IMG/VR virus record: IMGVR_UViG_3300038300_000071
Coordinates: 64,001-128,000 of that record
Direction: 5' to 3' (one strand)
DNA: 64,000 nucleotides
Origin: a virus
Taxonomy: Duplodnaviria; Caudoviricetes
Position 1 is the first letter of the stretch. Every line of letters begins with the position of its first letter. Position numbers and translations under genes: made by a program. Below the pieces are notes generated by a model. The model made no database searches. It saw nothing but the letters and a program-made list of their open reading frames with translations, and was not told where the DNA came from. Below, piece after piece: positions 18,217 through 26,719 of this stretch.

Positions 18217-18291
18217 ACCTCTGTGGGCAAATTGGCAAAGTCGCTCCGTTTAGGCCGGAGAGTTTTCTGGGTTCGAGTCCCAGCAGAGGTA
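18217..18291 (+). tRNA. tRNA-Leu(TAG), short variable loop
   Basis: ACCTCTG/CAGAGGT acceptor; CTCCG-TTTAGGC-CGGAG arm. Confidence 0.88.
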
Positions 18292-18565
18292 TTAAGGAAA
18301 CAATAAGAGGGATGGTGCTGTGAGTGATTGGGGCGATAGAGATGATGACGACTGGTTTAAGGATCGTCAAAGGCAAGGATTAAAGGAGGAGTTAAGCAGG
18401 CCGCAAAAGCTTTGCAAATGGCTGTTGGAAAAAACATTTGTCATGGCTTTTATTGCATTTGTGTTATCGTTTGCAGTGGGAAGTTTAATACCGCTGTGTG
18501 TATTTTTTGCAGTAGAGTCGGCTGCTTTGTTTTATTTGTTAGTATTTAATTAATGTAAAGGCGGT

Positions 18566-19108
18566 ATGGTTATGATCAGAAGGATAAATTTCCTTGGTGG
18601 AGCTTGCACTGGAAAGTCAACCATGGCCGCTGGTATATTTTCAAAGTTAAGAAAGAATGGATTCAGCGCAGAACTTACAGGAGAGTTTGTAAAGGATTGG
18701 GCTTATACTGGCAGAGTGGCTACTAAATTTGACAGCCTGACAACTTTTTCAAATCAGCTTTACAGAGAAGAGCTTCCACTGAAGAGTGGGATTGACTTAG
18801 TGGTCAATGACAGTCCTATATTGTTGAGTATAATTTATGCAAAAAATGATAGCGTGGGAATAGAAGAGGCAATGCTTCAAATTCTCAATAAGTTTGAGAG
18901 TTATTATCCTTCATTGAATATATTTCTAGAGAGGGATGGTATTGATTATGAGAATGAGGGAAGGTATTCCGGTTTAGACGTCGCTGAAAGAATAGATGGT
19001 GAAATATTAAATGCTCTAAGTTCAAATGGCATCGAGTATAAGCTGATGAAAAGCTTAGATGATAGTGCGGTATATGAATATATAATGAATGAATTAAATA
19101 AAAATTAA
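18566..19108 (+). CDS. P-loop ATPase/kinase (NadR/AAA_28-like)
   Basis: GGACTGKST Walker A; DSPILLS; YENEGR. Confidence 0.8.
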   Translation: MVMIRRINFLGGACTGKSTMAAGIFSKLRKNGFSAELTGEFVKDWAYTGRVATKFDSLTTFSNQLYREELPLKSGIDLVVNDSPILLSIIYAKNDSVGIEEAMLQILNKFESYYPSLNIFLERDGIDYENEGRYSGLDVAERIDGEILNALSSNGIEYKLMKSLDDSAVYEYIMNELNKN

Positions 19109-19156
19109 ATAATCTAATGTTAGTGTTAATTGTTAGTTATTTAATGGGATTGGAAA

Positions 19157-19789
19157 ATGGAATCTTCAAATGTAGCACATCGTAAGACTTTAGTTCTTAA
19201 TCGTAATTTTAGCCCAATAAGTATAGTAGATAGTTTGGAAGCCATATGTAAGGTTTACACGGGAGCGGCAAAAGTTCTAGGCTCTGACTGGCAGAAGTAC
19301 GACTTTACCGATTGGGTAGACAATTGGGAAGACATTGCAGAGATGACTGGATGCGAAGTGGATTCAGGAAGATTAATAAATGGAACTTTCATTTCTCCTG
19401 AAATAATAATACTGGAAGTATACAAGGGTCATCACAGGCCTCATTCTAATTTCTCAAGAAGAAATATATTCATAAGGGATGAGAATACGTGTCAATACTG
19501 CAGTTACCATTCAAACGATAGAAAGAAATTCAATTTAGATCATGTTGTTGCAAAGTCGAAAGGTGGATTGGCGACATGGGAAAATATAGTTTTGTCATGT
19601 TTTCCTTGCAACAGAAAGAAAGCAAGTATGACTTTGAAGGAGGCTAATATGAAATTGTTAAGAGAGCCTAAGAAGCCTTTGTTTAATCAGCCAGAGTTTG
19701 GATTTGGTTCGAATAAGAAAGTTTCTACTCCCAAGAGTTGGGATGACTTTGTAGGAAGTCTATATTGGAATACAACCTTGAGGGACTGA
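19157..19789 (+). CDS. HNH endonuclease
   Basis: SRRNIFIRD..CQYC, DHVV..SKGG..WENIVLSCFPCN. Confidence 0.92.
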   Translation: MESSNVAHRKTLVLNRNFSPISIVDSLEAICKVYTGAAKVLGSDWQKYDFTDWVDNWEDIAEMTGCEVDSGRLINGTFISPEIIILEVYKGHHRPHSNFSRRNIFIRDENTCQYCSYHSNDRKKFNLDHVVAKSKGGLATWENIVLSCFPCNRKKASMTLKEANMKLLREPKKPLFNQPEFGFGSNKKVSTPKSWDDFVGSLYWNTTLRD

Positions 19790-19928
19790 TTCAAGGATTG
19801 GGATGCGTTGAGTTTTAATCATAATGAAAGGTGTTTTTGATAATGAATGTGAATTAGTGAAGGTTTAGTTTCTCCCGATGTTTTAGATTTATTAGATTAT
19901 ATAATGAACGAAGTTTAACAGATAGAGA

Positions 19929-20186
19929 TTGCCAGTAATGCATCATATTGAAATAGAGTTGTTACCGTGTCCGTTTTGTAGAAGTAAAGATATTGAGCTT
20001 GTGAGTATTGATTGGAGGAAGGGGGTTAGGTGCAACTCTTGCCATGCCCAAGGCCCAAAAGTTCAAACGCCTCCAGATGTCGCATTTAGCAATGAAGCGG
20101 CTGTAAGATGGAATGAATATGGAGTAAATATAGTGGGAGTTAAGAAAAAAAATAATAAAAACATTGAAAAAAAGCAAATTGCATAG
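19929..20186 (+). CDS. Lar (restriction alleviation)-like zinc-finger protein
   Basis: LLPCPFC...CNSCHAQGP...AAVRWN. Confidence 0.7.
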   Translation: MPVMHHIEIELLPCPFCRSKDIELVSIDWRKGVRCNSCHAQGPKVQTPPDVAFSNEAAVRWNEYGVNIVGVKKKNNKNIEKKQIA

Positions 20187-20267
20187 AAATTTTTAACTTC
20201 TTTGTTGTAGTATATATGGATGTCCGTGGAAGCGGATAAAAATATAAATAAACAAGGAAGAATAAAA

Positions 20268-20648
20268 ATGCAAAAAACAGCAAATGCGGAAAAGTTAGCG
20301 GAAGCAGGAAGAAAGTCTTGGATAACTAGAAGAGAGAATGAACTAAAGCGTAAGCGCAGTGAAGCTGGCAAGAAGGCGGCTCTTACTCGTAAAGCCAATC
20401 GTGATGCTCTTCTTAAAGAAGAAGCTAAAGTTGCTCGTGCAACTAAGCGAAAGTCTACATCTAAGGCTAAGAGTTCTACACCTAAAGCTAAGTCAACTAC
20501 CGCTAAGACAAAAACTTCAAAAGCTAAGAAGGCTGTGGCAAAGAAGGTTGAAGTTTCACCTTTGACTAAGAATCAGAAGTTGAAACTTCAGCGTAGCGAA
20601 GCTGCTAAGAAATCATGGGCAACAAGAAGAAAGAACGCAAAGAAGTAA
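20268..20648 (+). CDS. Lys/Ala-rich histone-like DNA-binding protein
   Basis: Three (S/A)EAx(K/R)Kx(W/A)xTR(R/K) repeats and a KAK-rich linker. Confidence 0.6.
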   Translation: MQKTANAEKLAEAGRKSWITRRENELKRKRSEAGKKAALTRKANRDALLKEEAKVARATKRKSTSKAKSSTPKAKSTTAKTKTSKAKKAVAKKVEVSPLTKNQKLKLQRSEAAKKSWATRRKNAKK

Positions 20649-20979
20649 AAAGTACTCTAGGGGGAAATACTCCTAGAAGTGCTGCACTGGGGGGAAGAAC
20701 GACATTTACTGAATACAAATGTCCGATTTGCTCAGAAACAGATGCGTACTACTACATTGTAGATGCCGCAGGGTCGAGAGGTAACTCTTGGCTTTGCGGC
20801 ATTTGTGGTTCTAGGAATTCGCCTTATTTGTCCGATTTGCCATTCGGATGCTTAGCAACAGGCATTAAGAAAGGTGTCTGAGATTATTAGAATTAAATAC
20901 AGGATCATTAATATGCGTAGAAATCTCTATGGTATATGATTATAATTGATTCTTAATCTTAAAAGTTAGGTAAATTAAT

Positions 20980-21735
20980 ATGCGGAAGAAGAAGAGAGCG
21001 GAAGAATCGTCTTTAAAGAATACTGGTGGAAAAAATAATCCTGTTGGAGAAGACTGGAAAAAGCCTTGGTGTACTTTTAAAGGCAATGATAACGGACTTA
21101 AACAGAAGCAATATTGCGATTTAATAGGTAGCAGCGAAATAACTATATGTGCTGGCCCAGCTGGAACGGGGAAATCATATATCTCAATATACAAGGCGTT
21201 GGATTTGCTATGGAAGAAGGGTAATGGATATGATAAGATAACTTTATTTAAGCCAGTAGTTGAAGCTGATGAGAAGATAGGATTCCTACCTGGCAGCGTC
21301 GAAGATAAGATTTCCGTATATTCAAGTTCTTCTTTGAGCATAATTGACAAGATAATCGGGAAAGAGAAGAGATTGGAATTGGTATCAATGGGAATTATTG
21401 AATGTAGAGCTTTGGCCTACATAAGAGGAGATAGTTTTGATCATACCATTCTAATTCTAGAAGAGGGGCAGAACTCTAGCCCAAGGCAGATGAAAACGTT
21501 ATTGACGAGAATTGGTGAAAAGACTAAATATATTATCAATGGAGATATGGATCAGTCTGACAGATTCAAAGATTACACAAAAACAGGCCTTTATGATGTG
21601 GTTAATAGGCTAAAGGGAATTGAAGGTGTTGGAACGTTTGAGTTTGAAATAGGCGACATCGTTAGGAATCCGATTATCAGTAAAATTCTTGAAAGGTATG
21701 AAGATGACTATGATGATGGAAGAATGTTTGAATAA
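20980..21735 (+). CDS. phoH: PhoH-like ATPase
   Basis: GPAGTGKS, IGFLPG, AYIRG, EEGQN, LTRIG, GDMDQSD motifs. Confidence 0.93.
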   Translation: MRKKKRAEESSLKNTGGKNNPVGEDWKKPWCTFKGNDNGLKQKQYCDLIGSSEITICAGPAGTGKSYISIYKALDLLWKKGNGYDKITLFKPVVEADEKIGFLPGSVEDKISVYSSSSLSIIDKIIGKEKRLELVSMGIIECRALAYIRGDSFDHTILILEEGQNSSPRQMKTLLTRIGEKTKYIINGDMDQSDRFKDYTKTGLYDVVNRLKGIEGVGTFEFEIGDIVRNPIISKILERYEDDYDDGRMFE

Positions 21736-21759
21736 TATTTAAAAAAAAGAAAAAGCAAG

Positions 21760-21788
21760 TGGACAATATTAGTTTCATGCGCTATAAT
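21760..21788 (+). promoter_or_regulatory. sigma70-type promoter
   Basis: TGGACA-17 nt-TATAAT. Confidence 0.7.
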
Positions 21789-21859
21789 AAAGACATAAGC
21801 TTCAATATATAAAGAATCAGGCAAAATAAAAAAGTGATTAATTGAGAGGCTTATGTTTT

Positions 21860-21946
21860 GGATATATAGCTCAGCGGCCAGAGCAGAAGGATTCTAACCC
21901 TTTGGTAGTCGAAAGGCAGGCGCAGGTTCGATTCCTGTTATATCCT
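21860..21946 (+). tRNA. Atypical tRNA with long variable arm; possible amber suppressor (CTA), anticodon register ambiguous
   Basis: GGATATA/TATATCC acceptor; normal D- and T-arms; GAAGG-ATTCTAAC-CCTTT arm; GAAA-capped variable arm. Confidence 0.6.
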
Positions 21947-22164
21947 TTTCTTATATTCATTGCGGCGACGCTAGTACATGCGGACTAAAGCGAACGGTGG
22001 AGCACCTCTAAAGTGTTCTTGACAAGCAAGGAAATGTACTGCTTGTCAAATATAAGATCGAGGCTTGATTTTCTTGTTGCGGAAAATCTGATCGCAAGCG
22101 GTAGAAGTCCGAAGTAACATTATTTTTTAACGTAAGTAAACAAAAGCAAAGTAAGGAAAAGAAA

Positions 22165-22269
22165 ATGAAAAAAGTATTCTTGTAGATCAAAAGAGGCCCT
22201 CCGGCATTAATTCGGTGTTTAAAAGTTTTTAGAGTTGAATTAATTAAATATATCGGAGAAGAAAAATGA
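22165..22269 (+). promoter_or_regulatory. Amber-interrupted uORF MKKVFL*IKRGPP...EEK (putative translational attenuator)
   Basis: AAGGA RBS; TAG at 22183-22185; RGPP follows after two codons; final TGA overlaps the ATG at 22266. Confidence 0.6.
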
Positions 22270-22634
22270 TTACTATTGAAAAAAATGAAACAGAAGTAAG
22301 TGAAATAGAAGTAAACAAGATTAGAGCAGTTAAGGCTAACTTGAAGACGAAGATTAAAGACCAAGCTGTTCTTCAGAAGAGAGCCAAGTCTAATAATAAA
22401 GAAGTACAGCGTGAAGTAACTAAGTGTGGATGGAATTCAGATCTTTACAAGAGAAGAATGATCAATTTGTCCTACGACATTACGCTAACCCACATTCTTT
22501 ATAATCGCCTAAGAAATAGACCTCCTCATACAGGATCTGTCGAAAGCGATAATTCATACATGTCTACGTATGGAGATTACTCAAATATAAAAAATGATCT
22601 AGAGTCTAGATTCTCAATAAGCTTGGGAGTTTAA
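22266..22634 (+). CDS. Hypothetical protein upstream of the Pth2-like gene
   Basis: GGAG RBS; one nucleotide separates it from the next gene. Confidence 0.7.
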   Translation: MITIEKNETEVSEIEVNKIRAVKANLKTKIKDQAVLQKRAKSNNKEVQREVTKCGWNSDLYKRRMINLSYDITLTHILYNRLRNRPPHTGSVESDNSYMSTYGDYSNIKNDLESRFSISLGV

Positions 22635-22635
22635 G

Positions 22636-22962
22636 ATGGAATCTAGAATGTATATCTTAGTCAATAAGTCGTTGACCAAATCTCAAAGAATACCTCAATC
22701 ATCTCATGCAGTGGCAGAATTTATGCATACTCATGGGTCTGACAAAAAGGTTAAGACTTGGGTGGAAGATCACAGAACGATGGTTGTCCTTGAATCTGAC
22801 TTTAGCAATATGGATGACATATTAAATACAGTCGAAAAGGATGGATATAAGGCCAGATCTTTTAGAGAGCCTGATTTGAACGATGTGGTGACTGCTATTG
22901 CTTTTGAACCTATGACAAGGCAGGAAGGCGGAAAGTATTTTTCAAGATTAAAATTGGCGTAA
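22636..22962 (+). CDS. Peptidyl-tRNA hydrolase 2-like protein
   Basis: MYILVNKSL..SQ..PQSSHA, MVVL, FREPDL...TAIA pattern. Confidence 0.75.
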   Translation: MESRMYILVNKSLTKSQRIPQSSHAVAEFMHTHGSDKKVKTWVEDHRTMVVLESDFSNMDDILNTVEKDGYKARSFREPDLNDVVTAIAFEPMTRQEGGKYFSRLKLA

Positions 22963-24303
22963 TGAAGCATTGGAGAGGCTTTACGGCCTCTCTTTTCTTT
23001 TTAAAGGAGTAAAGATGAAAAAAGAAAATTATGATAAGTTGGTAGAAGAATTTGTCGATCTTGAAGATTTGGTTTATGGTCATATTGAAAGGTATAAGGA
23101 GTTCTATGGCGATGGGTGTTGCCATGTCGGTATGGATTCTTTTGATGAATGTACTGTAGAACTTAGCGGAGTTGAGACATGGAGGTATGGAGGTCGAGAG
23201 GAGCATTTCTTAACTTTAGAAGTTGATGATCTGTTTAGCGAAGAGAGAATGAATGTTAAGCTTAAAAAGAGAAGTGATGAGATTATAAAAGAGAAGAATA
23301 AGAAGAAGAGAGCGGAGCAAAGAAAAAAGAGGGAAAAGATTAAAGCTGCTCGTAAGTTGCTAAAGGATAATAACGAATTATGAATGTAAGAGAGCTGATA
23401 AACGAGTTGAAGGGATGCGATCCTGATGCAATAATTTGCACTGGGGGAAATGAGTCTATAAATTATATAGAGTGTTTACCTTCTTATTATGATGGAAGAC
23501 TTATGCATGTAATGCAGGATGAATGTGGAAACCCTGTTAAGATATCGATGAGGAGTGGTGGATCAAAGGTCAAAATGCATTCGTATGACATTGAGGATGT
23601 TATTTTTGATAATCCAAGAATAGAAGTTGAAACTGGGGATGGCTTTAACTCATCTTTAAGTACTTATGCTGAGTGGAGACAGGAAGGTTTAGATTATGAA
23701 AGAAATGCAAGAAAAAAGTTTTATCATTACGGTTATTTAGAAAAGTATGACGACATGTTGTTTATATGGGATGTGGTAGAATTATGAGGAGAAGAGATAT
23801 GAAGAAGGAATTTATAAAAGTAAAGACGGATGGCTTTGAGAATCTAACAGAGGGTAAGATTTATTCAGTTTTGTCTTGCGATGTGTGGGATATGGCCCTA
23901 GTTTATCTTTTTTTTAATGATGTGGGGAAGTTGGTTCAGCATCATGACTGGGAGGATTATTGGGAAGATAACTTTGAGTTAATTAACGAGGAGATGACAG
24001 ATAGGGAGGTGATGATATTTAACAGTGGAATATCTCACGGACTTTGTATAGCAAAGACAGATGTTGACGAAGAGTATGGAATGAAATGCTTTGAGAGGGG
24101 GAAGAAGAAGCGCAAGAGTCTGAAGGAGAAAAAAGGATATCTTTGGTTGGACGATGGGGTTGAGAAGATAAGGAGTAATTTAAATAGTCTTTACAGTGAG
24201 AAGACAGATCATTTCTATGACAGTGGTGATAAAGATGGTATAGTTTGATTTAGAAGTTGAAAAATAAATAATGACGTGTATTGTAATGTAAGAAAAAATA
24301 TAA

Positions 24304-24532
24304 GCCTTGGTAGCTCAATTGGCGTAGAAGGTGAATTATGTATTCGGTGTTTAATAATTGCAATTGTTAATCGGAGAATATATATGAAGCATCTGCACTC
24401 CAACTAATATAAAGGTTTAAGAGTTGGTTATAGAGCGCTGAATTGTGAAGACTGTGAGAGAAAGGCCTTTTAAAGTATCTTATAGAAGTAGCAAATATTC
24501 AGAGGTTTGAGGTTCGAACCCTCACCAAGGCA
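24304..24532 (+). ncRNA. tRNA-like RNA with insertions in both D-loop and anticodon loop
   Basis: GCCTTGG/CCAAGGC acceptor; GCTC/GAGC D-stem split by ~107 nt; CTGAAT/ATTCAG stem enclosing 53 nt; TGAGG-TTCGAAC-CCTCA T-arm. Confidence 0.72.
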
Positions 24533-24553
24533 CTTTTAAAAATATAAAAAATA

Positions 24554-25048
24554 ATGGATAATGATATGATAACAATGATGTTCGCAAGTGATGAAGATGG
24601 TTTGATTGGAGATGGTTTAAAAATGCCTTGGCATATTTCATCTGATTTTAAACACTTTAAGAAGTACACTACTGGAAAAAATATAGTGATGGGAAGAAAG
24701 ACAGCTGAGTCTCTTGGCAAGCCTCTTCCAGATAGGGTAAATTATGTATTGTCTAATTCAAAAACAAAAGATACAGAATTCGGCATTAAGTCAGAAGATG
24801 GGTGGATCTATATTGACCATATTGATTTGCTATGGACGGCTGACAATGAAATGGAAGATTTTGTTGTTATTGGTGGGTCTCAAATTTATTCATTGTTCGA
24901 GCAGTATGCTGATAGAATATTATGGACGCAAGTTAATGGAAGCCATAATGGGGATGTTTATTTTAAACTTAAGGATGATTGGTCTAAAAAGGTTCATCTT
25001 GGAGAAGATCCAGAGGGCAAGTGTGTTTTTTGGGAGCTGACTCGTTAA
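24554..25048 (+). CDS. folA: Dihydrofolate reductase
   Basis: GLIG..MPWHISSDFKHFK..T.G..IVMGRKT.ESLGKPLPDR, IGGSQIY, GDVYF. Confidence 0.95.
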   Translation: MDNDMITMMFASDEDGLIGDGLKMPWHISSDFKHFKKYTTGKNIVMGRKTAESLGKPLPDRVNYVLSNSKTKDTEFGIKSEDGWIYIDHIDLLWTADNEMEDFVVIGGSQIYSLFEQYADRILWTQVNGSHNGDVYFKLKDDWSKKVHLGEDPEGKCVFWELTR

Positions 25049-25597
25049 TGAATCCTAGGTCTGATGTGGTGGTGTGTAGTTATTGTGGAATGGATACATG
25101 CGAAGTTTATGAAGAGAATGGAGAGCTTGATGAGTCTTGCGGAATGTGTGGATTTTACAGAGATCCAGTAATGGAGAGAATTCCAAGCCTGCGCGAAGCA
25201 AGTGATGCTATTGATTTTGTCATCTTCTTTAAGGAATGGGCTAATAAGAGGAATATAGAAGAGCCTTCTGACTATGCCATAATGAGGTCAAGAAAAGACG
25301 GAATATCGATGTGGATGAATTTGGAAGATTTACCCGATGGGAAGAGCTTTGCCGAGTATAATGGGGAGCTTGGTTATGACAAGCTGAAGGAAGAAAGCGT
25401 AAAGATTTTTAATTTCTTTTTCAACGATGAAGTTTTCAATGGCGGCCTGAGTGTAACTGAAAAAATGGAAATTGGAAAGGAGGGTGTTGATTTAATGGAA
25501 TATATAATTGGCTGAGAAATATTTTTTTTATATTTAGAACTCTTATAGGAATTAATTAATTAATATATATATAATTTACTTTAGGAGAAAAAGGCCA

Positions 25598-25978
25598 ATG
25601 ATTGACAGTAGCAATGTTATTGAGATTATTGCAATACTACTTACGCTTGGATTGGCATTCAATCAATGGCTTTCGGCTGTAAAGAGAAAAGCCACAGACG
25701 GAGATAGACAGAAGGAGCTAGCCAAACTCAAAGAAGAGATTAAAAGGGAGTTTGACAAAGAACTTGATGAAGTCAAATCTGAATTGGTATCCTTTCGAGG
25801 AGTTAAGTCAAAGGTTGATTTGATAGAAGCGAGAGTTGGCGATATTTTTACTATAATGAATAAGATGTCGGATAATCTTGACAAGTATGTGGAAAAGATA
25901 GAAGCAAACATAGAAAGTAAAAATCAAAAGCATGAAGAGAAAATTAACAATCTTTATTCCATCAAGGTTGATAAGTAG
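25598..25978 (+). CDS. Membrane-anchored coiled-coil protein
   Basis: N-terminal transmembrane helix followed by a heptad-rich region. Confidence 0.55.
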   Translation: MIDSSNVIEIIAILLTLGLAFNQWLSAVKRKATDGDRQKELAKLKEEIKREFDKELDEVKSELVSFRGVKSKVDLIEARVGDIFTIMNKMSDNLDKYVEKIEANIESKNQKHEEKINNLYSIKVDK

Positions 25979-26316
25979 TGAAGAATCTTAAAATACTGCT
26001 GCTTGAAGATGAAGAAGCAGCAGTATATTTTTCTGGGAAAGAGTTATTGCTTAGTTTTCCAGATGCAGAGTTTGCATTCGTAGCAATTCCAATGTTCAAG
26101 CCTGATATCATCATCCTGCGGTATCAATTCCAAACTTCCACGGCAAAAATAATATTTGAAAAGATTAAAAAGTTCAAAGGCTTGGTAATCTTGCATTCAG
26201 ATATGGATCAAAAGTTTTTAGAGGAAGAATTCAAAGATATTCCGAATATTGCAATCGCAAATAGATCAGATGAAAAAAAGTTAGTAGAAATTATAAAAAA
26301 GAGCTTTAAAAAATAA
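25978..26316 (+). CDS. Response-regulator receiver-like domain (degenerate)
   Basis: KILLLEDE and PDIIIL pattern; the expected phosphoacceptor Asp appears replaced by Arg. Confidence 0.5.
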   Translation: MKNLKILLLEDEEAAVYFSGKELLLSFPDAEFAFVAIPMFKPDIIILRYQFQTSTAKIIFEKIKKFKGLVILHSDMDQKFLEEEFKDIPNIAIANRSDEKKLVEIIKKSFKK

Positions 26317-26719
26317 ATAGAACATATATATTCTTATAAATAAATTTAGCTGTGTCTATCAGATACAATAATATAAATAAGGATATATATGAAAAAGAAA
26401 GAGACTGGCGATTGGCTTGAAGTTAGAGGTCAGGAGTTTACAGCAGATGAAGCTCGGCAAGCATCAGACTTTGCCGACACGGTATCAAACTACCACGTTC
26501 AACCCGAAGAATTAAAAGATTTCCTCCTAGAGAATGTTAAATTAGGCCATAGACTATTTATGGCTGAAATGATGCCTATTGATGATATGGGCATTTTATT
26601 ACTTAGTGAAGAAGATGAAAGGCTTATTAAAATTGCTAAAGATAGATGCAATGGAGATAGTGGTGGGTTGTATATCCCTGGGTCATCCAGTGGAATAATA
26701 TTAAAATTAGGAATATAAA

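Noticed and set aside
4628-24532. Group I/II or bulge-helix-bulge introns as the explanation for the tRNA insertions
   Set aside because: Insertions of 29-118 nt are too short for self-splicing introns. I could not see a BHB motif, and removing them does not restore a clear 7-nt anticodon loop.
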